DNA of 64,000 nucleotides from Amoebidium appalachense (Eukaryota; Protista; Ichthyosporea), in contig CAVNZM010000003.1 of assembly GCA_963693365.1 (NCBI GenBank), forward strand, positions 13,982,914 to 14,046,913. Direction: 5' to 3'. Numbering within the stretch: position 1 is the stretch's first letter; each line of letters opens with the position of its first letter. This document shows positions 48,740 to 61,258 of this stretch, piece after piece. The notes under the pieces are model-generated. The model had not been told where the DNA came from, made no database searches, and worked only from the letters and a program-made list of their open reading frames with translations. Made by a program: the position numbers and the translations under genes.

Positions 48740-49999
48740 GGGGGGGAGGGACGGGCGGACGGGTGCTTGTATGTGTGCATGTATGTGCCTGTGTGTTGGG
48801 GGGGGAGAGGAGGGGGTGGGGGGGGGAGGGGGGGGGGGGAGGGGGACGATAAGACATACAAATAATCATAACTAAGCTAGATAGAGAAATTGTCTTCTGT
48901 TGGTAGGTTCCGCGTCGTTTATGTATGTTTATAATGGCCGACCTTTTCACAATTAGAGATAATGATTCAAAACGCATAAACGACAAACAAAGTTGTGCAC
49001 AGACGCAAAAGAAATTTGATGATAAGGAGTCCAACAAAAACATTAAAAAATAATCATTTGGTGACTTCAAAATTTACACCCCCCCCCCCCCCTTCTTATC
49101 AGTCAGATCAGCGGGGTGCAATTCCTTGCTCTCAAAATTGTAGATAAATATCAAGGACAACTGTGTCAAGAAGTTCAACACAAAAATTAAGATGCATTAA
49201 ATGGGGATATAATTTTTAAAAAATACATACCGCCCCAGTGCTTATCAGTCAGATCAGCGAGCTGCAGCTTCTTCTTGCTCACAAATTGTTGACAGACACC
49301 ATTGAGAAATACGCTAAAAAGTTCCCGCATGAATAATAAAAATAAGGTTAAGGGGAAATAGTATCAAAAACTACATACCACCCCAGTTCTTATCAGTCAG
49401 ATCAGCAGGTTGCAGCTTCTTCTTGCTTTTCTTCTTGAGTGCCCCCTCATCAATCTTGCTCTTGTCGACATAGCACGTGGGGCAGAACCAATCATCATCG
49501 GGCAGTGCCGTGTGATCAACATTGCCTTCACCGAACCTGGGTGATAGTAAAATTTAAAGATCCATACAATATAAGCTTTGCCCAACCTGGGCGATATTAA
49601 GATTTTAAACATCCATACAACATAGGCTTTGACTATAGCTTTGTAGGGGAGTGAATATGGAAATCGATTTAGGTTTTAACATTCACTTCACATTCTACTT
49701 CAGTCGATTTTTCTTTCTTTCTTTCTTTCTTTCTTTCTTTTTTTTTTGGGGGGGGGGGGCTTTCCGCCACTTAGTTGTCACATTGTCGCTGGTTTTGTAT
49801 CATTCAGAAACACGGAGACTGAGAAACTATCTCCATCTTTTCTTTTAACGGGCATTTAAACATTCATCGTGTTGGCCTACCATTCAAACAAGACCTTAGA
49901 CTTCTATTCCTTGATTTCTCAGCATGGGAAAAAAATGGGCAGGGGAAGGGGGCGAGGGGGAGGGGAGGAAAGGAGACCCAGGGGGGGGGGGGGGGGGGG

Positions 50000-50031
<32 letters not shown>

Positions 50032-50897
50032 AATGAAGCAGAAATAAGCAAAGAACAAGAAAGCGCCATAACACATGCAAACACACACCTGAGGCACAAA
50101 GGACATATGGGCAGGCACGGTACATCTTTACAGGGACCATCATGGGGGGGGGGGGGGGGGGGTGTCCTGTTCCTCCATGCACAAAAAAAAAAAACTGATA
50201 TGAATTCCCTTGCTTGTCGTTCCACACCAATCCCCTTGACCTATTACTTTATTGTAATTCTTAAAGTTACATTTTCAATTGGGGGGGTCCAAGACTCACG
50301 TGTGCTTTTTGCCGTCCAGACAAGTGCTGTGCCAGTAGGTGGCACACTGGTCACAACCAAGCATGGCCTCCTCGTGGTCCTGAAATTTCGCATGGGGGGA
50401 GGGGGAGGGTTGGGTTAGATCATGGAAGACGAAGGGGAGATTATTACCTTCTTTTTATTTTTTGAGAGAGGGGGGAGGGGGGGGGGGGATGTATGGAACA
50501 TTGGGGGGGTGGGGGGGATAGGTTTGATGAGCCGTTGTCAAGGGAGGCTTCCAAACAGAATGAATATAAGGGATGGGAGGATGTGAGCAGACATCCATTA
50601 CTGCTAACGGTCTACACATGAACACACAAGCTCGCGTGTGCACATCACACGCGTACACACACAACACACATACACAAGCCTTCGGGCATGCAGGTGTTGC
50701 ATACACCAAGCATCCCTCCTCTGGTGCCTGCACACACACTGAATACGCACACATAAAACACATACATACAGAAGGGAGAGAAGCACAGGTCTATGCAGAC
50801 ACACACACAAACACACAAAAGCACAGGCACATGCAAGCTCACACAAACATGCAGTGATACATATAAACATACACAGACATCTACCCGCTCACACTCA

Positions 50898-50944
<47 letters not shown>

Positions 50945-51049
50945 TCTTCTCGCACACCTGGCACCCACATTCCTTGCAGGTGGAGATGGCCGGCTGTCCA
51001 CGGCACTCCTTGCATGACTGCTCGTCAGCTTCGACTGTGAGCCCAACCT

Positions 51050-51134
<85 letters not shown>

Positions 51135-51361
51135 TGCGTGTGTGTGTGCCGATGTCTGTGTATGTGTGTGTGTGCGCGCGTGCGTGTCCGCTTGTGTGCT
51201 AGTATGTTCTTGTTGCGGCAAAGTAGGGGAGAAGAGGAAGAAAGGTTAGTAAAATGAAGGTGGTTGTGTAAAGAAGGAGGCAGGAAATTTCGTGTGGGAG
51301 TGCAATAGCCCATGGCGGGAGAAGGAGGAGGGGTCAAAGGCCGGGAGACGCGGGGAAGAGG

Positions 51362-51426
<65 letters not shown>

Positions 51427-51449
51427 TGTGTGTGTGTGTGTGTGTTTCT

Positions 51450-51482
<33 letters not shown>

Positions 51483-52219
51483 GGGGAGAGTAAGGGCGGG
51501 TTGCAGGGGAAGGGTGGGGAGGGGGGGGCAGGGTAAGCAGGGGGGGGGGGGGGGGGGGGGGGGGGATTCAAGAGCGAGAGGAGGGAGGGAGGGCGGGAGG
51601 GAAGCGAGAGAGGGGGAGAGGGAGAGAGAGAGGGGGGGGGGGGGAAGGGAGTGGGAGTGAGAAGAGAGATATAGAAGGGGAGGGGGGGGGGGAGGGGGAA
51701 GATATATATCATGGTATACGAACACGTACACAGAGGGCGAGCGACAATCACATACAGACAGAGAAAAGGGGGGGAGGGGGAGAAGGGTAGAGCACCACGC
51801 ACCGTATACACCCCACTGCGCAGCGTAGGCTTAGCCTCCCCTTCCTCTCCCTCCGCCTCGGCACGTATGCGGAAAGTCAGTTTCTGCCCGTTGAGAGAGA
51901 GAACGCTCTGACCCCCTACCACCTCGAAAGGTTTTTCCTCGACCTCTTTCTTGTCTCCCTCGGTCGTGTCCATGGCGCTCTCGTCTGCTGGGCGGTATAG
52001 GAGCTTGTATACGTTCTTCATGAGGTAGCTGTAGTATGGAAGGGGGGAGGGGGGAGGGGGGAGGGGGGAGGGGGGAGGGGGAGGGGGGGGGGGGGGTTAG
52101 TAGGTGTAATCGAGTACAAGTTACACAACCATCACGAACACCACAATGCAGAGTGCAAGCCACACAAAAAGAGCATGCATAAAAAGAAGAGCCCGTCCTC
52201 CCCGAGGCGGGGAGGGAAA

Positions 52220-52259
<40 letters not shown>

Positions 52260-53098
52260 GGACCAAGAATGTGTTACTGAGTACGAATTACACCTCAAAG
52301 GGCGGACAACACCATGCAGATTTTGCAGAACGCACCGAGAGTATCCATCGTTTTTGAAGGGGGGAGAGGAGTGGCTTTGGGGGGCATCTTTTTTGCGGGG
52401 TTGGGTGGTGGTGGTGGTGGTGGTGGTGTGTGTGTGTGGGGGGGGGGGGGGGGGGGGGGGGGGGGAGGAACAGTGCATCCGACATGAACGCGATGTCGGT
52501 GTATACGTATAGTGCAAGTGTTTGTTCGAGGCAGGGAGGATGCACGTGAGTGGGGGTGCCCGGGGGGGGGGGGGGGGGGGGGGAGGGGGTGAAGGAGGAG
52601 GAGGATAACAACCTCTTGATAGGGCCCTCAAAGCTGTGCTCGAATTCAACCAATAGGGAACGGTTGGCCCGTCCAATGTCCTCCTGCCGATTGGCTGGAA
52701 TCAGTGCCTCAACCTCGGCAACGCTCAGCATCTCGGATTTGCCCTCCTCTCCGACACCAAATACCACTGGAAAACAGATATGTGGCGTGTTTGTTAATGG
52801 GTTAAGTTAAATGGATGGTGTGGATTGTAGTCAATGGCGGCGGAAAAGAAAATGATTGGTGGGAGGTGGTGGGGGGAGGGGGGGGGGGGGGGGGGGGTTT
52901 GCTACATAACGATTGAGGGTGAATTCAGCCAGATGAGGGGTTTTTTCTTGTCGCAGAAAGTAGACCAAAGGTGTGCTTGTGTGAGTTTGTGTTTGGTGTG
53001 CACGGAACCCCTCCACGACTCAAAAACACACAGCCGCAAAGGCACACACACAACACGAGCGAGCATACCACATAGCACACGCACATGGCTAGACCAAT

Positions 53099-53146
<48 letters not shown>

Positions 53147-53720
53147 CTCCCTTTGCACATCTCTGTCTCTAGTGCTTTGAGTCATTCAGGCTCCCCCCCT
53201 CCATCTCTCCTCTCCCCCTCTCCATATACATGTGTGTGTGTGTGCACGTGCGTTGTGAAGACTTATGGCAAGTGGAGGTGGGAAGTGGGGGGGGGGGGGG
53301 GGGGGGGGGGGGGAGGTTACCCTCGTACTTGTCCTCCTCTCCCTCGTTAGCAGCCACATATCTTCTCACCTCCCCCGGTATTTTCTTCCTCTTGTCCATG
53401 CGGTGCACACTTTGACCCACATAGCCACGGGGATCAACGGGGCCTGGTGATTGGATGATCGGGAGGAGGGCAAATTAGATTTACATCGAACATACCTCCC
53501 CCCCACACACACACGATGACACCAAACACAACCACTTCCCCTTTCCCACGCACATCCACACATCAACTAACCCCCTCCCATACGCACACACATCCCATTT
53601 CTCCCCTTCCCCCCACCCACCCAACCTGCCTGCCCCCCTCCCCCCCCCCCGCACACAAACATCCCTTTTCTCCCACCCACCCCCAACCCCAACCCCCCCC
53701 ACTCCCTCTCAACCCTCCTC

Positions 53721-53752
<32 letters not shown>

Positions 53753-54512
53753 GACACACACACACACACACACACACACCTGTCATTCCACCCGCATCCG
53801 CAACGTCCGCCACCAACCACGTGCGCGCCCACCGGCACTTCACCCCATCCGGGCACCCCTTCTTCGTGTTTTCTGGCTCCTCCCAGAGTGTTCTTCCCAT
53901 CATCTGGAAACTTCCCCGCTGGTCGACAAAGTATGCACCGTGGCATGGGCCTTGTGGCTCCTCGGGTTTTGGCTCCTGGTGACGGTTTTAGCGTTAGTGT
54001 TGGTTATAGTGTTGGTTCTAATATAGTGTTGAATCTTGGCTTAGGTGGTGCTTTTGGTGTTAAACTTTTTGAAAGTGTTGGTTTTTATGTTGGCTGGGTA
54101 CTTGGCTGTTTTTGTGTTGGTTAGAGTGTCGGTTTTAGTGTTAGAGTGGTTCTAGCAACATTGGTTTTAGTGTCAGTGTTGGTTTTGACGGTGGTTTTTA
54201 AGTGTTGGTTACTGTTGGTGTTTGTCTTCATGTTGGTTGCAGTGCTGGTATGGGCTTTAGTATTAACTAGCTTTAGAGTTGGTGTAAGTGTTGGCTTCAG
54301 ATTTCTAATTCTGGATAAGTTTTCTTTTGGGTGTGGCATGCGGGTGTCGATATAAGTTACTTATGTATCTCAACCGTAACCCAAAACAATAATGGTTGTT
54401 GCTCATTTGCTATTCGACCAGAAGAAAAACGTTGCTTTGGAGCAGGTGAGGTGCCAAAAAAACACGCACATTCTTATACATACACACATGTGTGGTTGCG
54501 CACATAAACACC

Positions 54513-54559
<47 letters not shown>

Positions 54560-56209
54560 CCTTGGGTTTCTCTGCCTCTGCCGCGGGTTCGGGTTCAACC
54601 TCATGGTGTTTTCTCTTGCTGGACGCCTGTTGTGAAAAAATAAGACATTAGATATTTTTTTAAAATTTTAAATTGCTTAAACCCTTGCCAAATCAACCAA
54701 TAAAAAGGAGCTTGTTTTACAGATGCTCCCTGATAGCTTGCCAACCCTTCCCCCCCCCCCCCCCCCCCCCCCTCCCCCCCCCCCCCCCCCCATACACACA
54801 CCTAAAACTTACATAGAAGAGAGGGAGAGATGGGGAGGGGGGAGGGGGCACGAACACAAAAATTGCACACGCAGGCACACACGGCACCGTGCATGTGCAC
54901 ACACCCACACACACCAACACCAACATCCCCTCACACATCTCCTCCCCCCCTCCACGCACAAGTACACACACACACACCCTCCCGCCTCAACCCCGATCAC
55001 CCCTCACGCACACACACCTACTCCCTCCCACCCACTCCCCCCCCCCCTCCCCGCCCCCACCCCCACCCCCACCCCCACCACCCCTCTCCCCCCCTCCCCC
55101 CCCCCCCCCCCCGCCCGCCCACACACACACACACACACCTTGGTGCCTTTCTTTGGGTCCTCTTTGACCGGTGACTCCACGGCCTTGGGCATCAACACGA
55201 GAAGGTCCTTGCGGTTGATCCCATAGTCAAACAGAGTAGTATGTCCTCCCTCCGCTGATCGGTGAATTAAATGTTAGTAAATAACTATAAAATCATGAGA
55301 ATAAAAGACATTAAAGAATATGGTGGCGGAGCATGACTTTGTAGCCAAACAGTGTTGTATGTCCTCCCTCAGCTGATTAGTCATGTTGAATACATATATA
55401 TGTATATACATGTGTGTGTGTGTGTGTGTGTGTGTATCACAGTTGATGATTATGATTAAGAGTGTGTGGTACGAAATATGAAGTACAACAATAACCGAAC
55501 GTGGATATGCAACAAAAATACACACAGAGAGAGTATACATCGTGTGGACAGAGATCGGTTTCAGGGGCAAGCTATAACGAACGGTACCAATGCTCGACCC
55601 ATTCGCCTGGCATGCAAATCACAAATCAGATACCCCTTTATCAAAAGACAGAGTAACGGGGTAGGGATGATGCGAAGCACAAACACACACAAAGAAGAAA
55701 AGCAAGAATTGAATGACATGAAACACTTCCACGCTGAGAGAGTACTCACGAGAACAGATGTCCGGCGAGGGGATGAAGAATGCTTAGAAGTGTTTTCGAG
55801 CACGCAGTACACAATAACGATAGATAAGGCAATGCAGATAACAAACCACACATAAAGAGTATGCAACACAAGCAGAGCCTATCTTCAGGGGGGGACCAAG
55901 TCATCCACAGTACCCGAGTTTCGATTCGGGGAGGAAGGGGAGGAGAGGGGGGAGGGGGAGGGGGGAGGGGAGGGATGGGGGAGGAGGGGAGAGGAAAGGA
56001 GGGGGCGGGGTGTGTGGGGGGGGGGCGAGCATGTACTGACCGTCCACAGGCAGCACCTTCTTCCCATTGAACATGAGAAACTGCTTTTCGGGTGGGAGGT
56101 CGATAATTGCCTCGAGGGCAGCCTGGAAGTCCGACACTTTCATCTTGCGGCCCGTCACAGGCACCGCCACCTCCTTGTTGGTCCCATCGTAACGGACAGT
56201 AACATCCAT
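41554..56209 (-). CDS. UHRF1: UHRF1-like E3 ligase / hemimethyl-DNA reader, 20 coding exons: 56209-56041, 55254-55139, 54626-54558, 53975-53780, 53443-53321, 52766-52613, 52028-51803, 51047-50943, 50379-50300, 49536-49379, 48080-47941, 47121-47067, 46693-46646, 46150-46078, 45648-45496, 44818-44641, 44022-43934, 43271-43208, 42203-42076, 41677-41554
   Basis: UBL (QFLMFNGKK...[10 protein letters not shown]); pre-PHD plus PHD ([25 protein letters not shown]); [11 protein letters not shown]; SRA ([66 protein letters not shown]); C3HC4 RING ([19 protein letters not shown]). All phases are compatible. Confidence 0.93.
43801..43905 (-). mobile_element. Truncated copy of the SINE-like family (intronic)
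   Basis: AGTACGAAGCACAC...ATGCAGAGTGCCAACCACACAAAGAGTATGCA...GCCCATCCTCGGGG. Confidence 0.65.
45643..45932. repeat. 146 bp tandem duplication spanning a UHRF1 3' splice site
   Basis: AGATTGCTGCGTGATTTTATAAATTAAA at 45643 and 45789. Confidence 0.9.
47356..47450 (+). repeat. AT-rich ~30-35 bp tandem repeat, 3 copies
   Basis: CACTAGAACATAACTTATT x3. Confidence 0.8.
48567..48680 (-). mobile_element. Truncated copy of the SINE-like family, nearly identical to 10391-10505
   Basis: GGTTTGAATGCGTCATAAAGTACGAAGTACACAAGAACAA...GCCCATCCTCAGGGGG. Confidence 0.75.
49075..49428. repeat. Triplicated UHRF1 exon-end/donor segment (units 146 and 148 bp)
   Basis: TTATCAGTCAGATCAGC at 49096, 49242 and 49390. 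Confidence 0.85.
52098..52350 (-). mobile_element. Two diverged copies of the SINE-like family
   Basis: GAGTAC.A.TTACAC...ATGCAGA cores at ~52098-52205 and ~52266-52350. Confidence 0.55.
55470..55926 (-). mobile_element. Two copies of the SINE-like family in UHRF1 intron 1
   Basis: 55783-55926 includes GTCATCCACAGTACCCGAGTTTCGA, shared with the 10.5-kb copy; 55470-55640 is a more decayed copy (TCGACCCATTC, TCAGATAC). Confidence 0.6.
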
Positions 56210-56267
56210 CTTACAAACTGAAAGATATTTGTGTGGGTGTGTGTGGCGGGTGTGTTTGTGTGTGCGT

Positions 56268-56298
<31 letters not shown>

Positions 56299-58110
56299 GG
56301 GGGGGGGGGGAGTGTTAGTGGAGGAAACGACTTGGCCATTAAGGGAAGAGAATGGGAGTTGTTGGCCGATGAGGGGGGGGGGGGGGGTGATGGAGTTGGA
56401 AGGTGAGGGAGGGGGAATGTTTTGATGTGAATGTCCGGTATGTTAGGAGACTATGTATGTGAGTGTGCATTCGTGTGAGTAATCGGAGTGTTTTGGCGCC
56501 GGTATGTAGGAGTTCCGTCATCCTTTCTTGTGCTTGTGCAAGTCAGTAGGTAGCTAACAAACTGAGGACAAGATTTGTTCGTTCGGTTTTCTTCAGTCCT
56601 CAAATTACACCCCACCACTACCACCAGAAAAAAAAGGCACATCATTATTCCCTTTCTCCTTCCTTCTTTCTACATCCCCCCCCCCCCACACACACACACA
56701 CACCCCTCCGTGTCATTCTTTTGCCTTCCCTTGCGCTTCCCCACTCTAACTCTTTCTAGGTACATGCATTATATTTTGCTGGTGTGGGTTTTCGCATGCA
56801 GCAAACATAGTAAAAGTGGCCTAAAAAACAAACATTATAAAAGGGAAGATCTTTTGACACTGGAAAAATCGGAAACAAGAGTGAGAAGAAGAACGTGCAT
56901 GCTTCGAATAATCCACGTTTTGTCAAGCAGGTAACAGTCAGAATTCACATGAACGAAGACTTTTTACAGCAGAGCCAGGAGGGAGTTGTTACCTATGTAG
57001 GAATTTCTTCCCTCCAGCAAATTCTAAGATGACGCCTTATCTCCGTTCGTAGCGGGCTAATCGGGGAGTGGGAAGAAATAAAACGACGTGTGTGTTCATC
57101 ACAGGCCGCGTGTGACTGTTTTTGTTTTGGCACAGAAGATTACCCGCCTTTTTTCAGCCAATCAGGAATTACTTCACCCTATACTATATCAATAAATCCC
57201 CCTTGAGGCCTGCTTACGGGGTTTTCGTAATGACAGAGCAGTGTGTATTTGGACTTCACATGGTGCAATATGAACAAAGGAACAAATCGCGCAAAATAAT
57301 TTATTGATAAGTAATTATAGAGGCTAGTCTTATATTCTTTGAAGGCCCTTTTATAAATATTTCAAGCCTCAGAATAATTTCGTTCTTGTCATCTGGCCGA
57401 TGTCCGGGGTAGTGTGAGCCACATGTGTGCATCAACAAGTTTTGATTGGCCAAAATAAAAATGGCGCCAAAATTGTAAAGCCTTTTCAAGTGGTCGGGTC
57501 AAGTGACCGTCTTTTCATGAAATGAGTGCTGTTTCCTTGTGGCCTTTATGACAAACAATCATCCTTGTGTGTCGCCGCAGCACAGTATAGACCGGCCTAT
57601 TATATATCCAGCCGGGATACAATCCTAGGAGGCTACGTATACCATCCGTGTGCCACTGGTCATGAGATTCTGAGAGTGCACACGTGTGCCATGGTGCACG
57701 CATATGCATGTGCCCCCTACGGGGGTCATTCAGGTTTAAGATGTGGCAACTCACCTACAAGATCACTAGTACCGGATTTATTGGGAAAAATTAATATTCT
57801 ACGAGCTACCGAGCCTGGGGGGAAAATGAGATATTGATGGAATGGGGGGGGGGGGGGGGGGGGGGGGGGGAGGGGGAGGGGGGGGGGGGGGGAGGAGGAG
57901 AGGAGGAGGGTGGAAAATATAATGACGGGAGGTGGGAGGGAAGGGAGGGAAGCTCTGATTTCCCTACCAGGCAGTTACAGTACACAGCCTTAATGCCTAC
58001 TATGCAACCTTTTTTGCGTGAATGTGTGTGAATAAATGTGTGTACGTGTGGATTTGTGTACTGGCGTTTCACTGGTGTGTTTGTGTGAGCCTAGTCACGG
58101 GTGCCTGAGT

Positions 58111-58195
<85 letters not shown>

Positions 58196-58313
58196 CGCGC
58201 GCGTGTGTGTGCGTGTGCGTGCGTGTGTGTGTGTGTCTGTGTCTGTGTGTCTGTGTCTGTGTGTCTGTGTGTGTGATAGTATGTGTGTGTGTGTACAAAC
58301 GTGTATGTGCCAG

Positions 58314-58358
<45 letters not shown>

Positions 58359-58501
58359 GGAAGCGGCGACAGCAACCAAGTGTACGAGGTGTTTTTTGTC
58401 CTTGTTACTTTTTTTTCTTCTTTCTATGCGTGTTTGTGTGTGTGTGTGCGCGTGCGCGCCAGAGCGCATGTGGTGTGTTTACACTACGGTGTGTGTGTGT
58501 C

Positions 58502-58532
<31 letters not shown>

Positions 58533-58574
58533 GCGTGTGTGTGTGCGCGCGCATGTGTGTGTGTGTGTGTGTGC

Positions 58575-58643
<69 letters not shown>

Positions 58644-59286
58644 CACGTGTGTGTGTGTGTGTGTGTGCTCAGTGTATACGCGTACATGCAGAAAAACATC
58701 AGAAGCAAAATTCATCTGTTGAAAAGACATTCCAAACGTAGCCCTAAAGCACCCGATACCAAAACACAATAGCATTCAAAAAAAAAGAATCCGGCGAGCG
58801 TACATACAGCATAGGTAACGTGGTTGCATGGCAGCCCGCGCGCATAAATATAAACCCTCTCTCTCTCTCTCTCTCTCCCCCCCCCCCCCCCCCCCCCCCC
58901 CTCCCCCCCCTCCCCCCTCCCCTCCCTACCCTCCCTCCCCTCCGGATCCTCCCCCCACCCCCCCCACCCCCCACCTCCCAGGAGTCCCATCCGTTAAGTT
59001 GCCCGGGAACCTTTGGATGGGTTGGAAAGTGTGTGTATGTGTGGAGCGAGTGTGGGGGACATGTTCCACATGTTGCTGTGGGGGAAGAGGATGGGAACGT
59101 GGGGGGGTGGGGGGGTGGGGGGAGATGTCACCGACACGGTGTGTGTCAAGTGTGTGGTGTGCCTTTGTGTGTACAGTTAAAGTATTTGTGCGTTTGCGCG
59201 CTTGTCAGTGTGTTTGTGTGTGTGTGGTGTGGCTCAGTAGGTGTGCCGGGTGTAGGTGTTGGTGTGTGTGTGCACGTGTGTGTCAC

Positions 59287-59333
<47 letters not shown>

Positions 59334-59339
59334 GTGCAC

Positions 59340-59406
<67 letters not shown>

Positions 59407-60638
59407 TGACTGAGTGTGCGTGTGTGTGAGAGAGTGAGTGGCGCGCGTAATACAGAACCAAAACCCCATCCAAGTTATGGCCCAGTGGAGAAATATTTAT
59501 TAAATTCCCCCCCCCCAAAAAAAACAACCTGAAACGGGAAAAATGTAAGCATTCACCACACACTTGACGCACGTCTTGCCACTGAAATCCTCCCTTCCCC
59601 CCCCCCCCCCTGATCCCCCCCCCCCCCCTCCCGCACACACACGTGCACACACACACACCCTAAAAAATCTTTCCTTCCTCCTTCCCCTCCCCCCCCCCCC
59701 CCCCACACACACACACACACATACACGTGCACACACACACCCTAGACACGACCTAGACTGATCTTTCTACGGGACAGGGCCCCATCCGGGGGGGAGGGGA
59801 GGGGGGAGGGGGGAGGAGAGAGAGGGGAGGGGGGGAGGGGGGGGGGGGGGAAGATTACGAATCCTACAGCCCAGAAACGCTACGATTAATTCTAGGCCTA
59901 TCCCTGATTTACCTGTTAACTTAAAAGTGAGTGACCCCTGTAATACTATCTGCTTCGAACCAGGCACTACATACTAAACAAGCCCTTTCATGTTTTCTCT
60001 CTCTCCCCGTGTTTTCCCTGAATGTGTGCCTAATATAGTTGTTGAGCCCTTCGTTTCCTCATTCCGTTTCAAGCACATTACAATTCACCTCCCCATATGT
60101 TTCAAATCTACCCATAGTTTCCTCAACGAAATGATTCCGGGACGACAGGCAAACCCCCAGTCGACAGTCGCGCGCACACATGTAAAACACCGTACTCACG
60201 TGCGCGCGCGCGGGCACGCCACACACACACACACACGTGTGCACACGAATACGAACATGAACATGAATCCCAATACAAACTCACACGACAACCTGAATAT
60301 ATGTAAAATGCTAAATTGAAAACAGAAAGCAGAAGGACAAGCCCAGGCGCATGGACGAAGAGGCATACACGCACACACACCCACATGCACCTGCAGGCAC
60401 ACCCACGGCTTCTCCCAGTGATTCAGGACCGTATATAGTAAAGACGTCAGAGTTTGCCATAAATTTTAGTAAAGGAGCTCCTTTCGACCAGCCCCAAATT
60501 TGAACCTTCCCATTTATTGTTAGTTAAACACGGTTACAGACACACAGGCCACGCCATAGTCTCTCTTTCTCTCGCTTTCTCTCCGTCTCTCACTCTCCCG
60601 ACCTCCCTCTCTCTCTCTCTCCCCCCCCCCCCTCCCCC

Positions 60639-60679
<41 letters not shown>

Positions 60680-60706
60680 CCCGCCCCGGCCCGGTTCCCA
60701 ACTCCT

Positions 60707-60751
<45 letters not shown>

Positions 60752-60779
60752 AGCTCTCTCTCTCTCTCTCTCTCTCTCA

Positions 60780-60840
<61 letters not shown>

Positions 60841-60899
60841 ACCGTACTATGCACATATCCTGGACCTTCCGGCCCTCCTCGAATATCCCCCTCTCCCCC

Positions 60900-60940
<41 letters not shown>

Positions 60941-61176
60941 TCGTGTCACTGTATCTTTCTCTTTTTCTGAGCTGAATCCATCGTAGGCTCTCAAATTACG
61001 GGCCCCGCCGCCCCCCTCTTTCTAGATATCTGTCTCCGCTCTGCGTTCACCCTCACCACCCATGGCCCACTGTCTATTCTCAACAAAGACCGAGAGAGGG
61101 GGAGGGGAGGGGGGGGAGGGGGAAGCTGAAGAGGTAGAGCTCCGAGGGAGAGGGCAAGCAGTAGGGGGAGGGGGAG

Positions 61177-61258
<82 letters not shown>

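Noticed and set aside
45643-49428. Tandem units of 146, 146 and 148 bp matching nucleosome core length
   Set aside because: Other duplications in the window have units of ~100, 118, 210, 269, 300 and 489 bp, so coincidence cannot be excluded
53980-54340. Thr/Asn/Lys-rich ORF and telomere-like look inside UHRF1 intron 3
   Set aside because: Degenerate ACCAACACT-type low-complexity repeat with stops; the flanking exons join in phase without it
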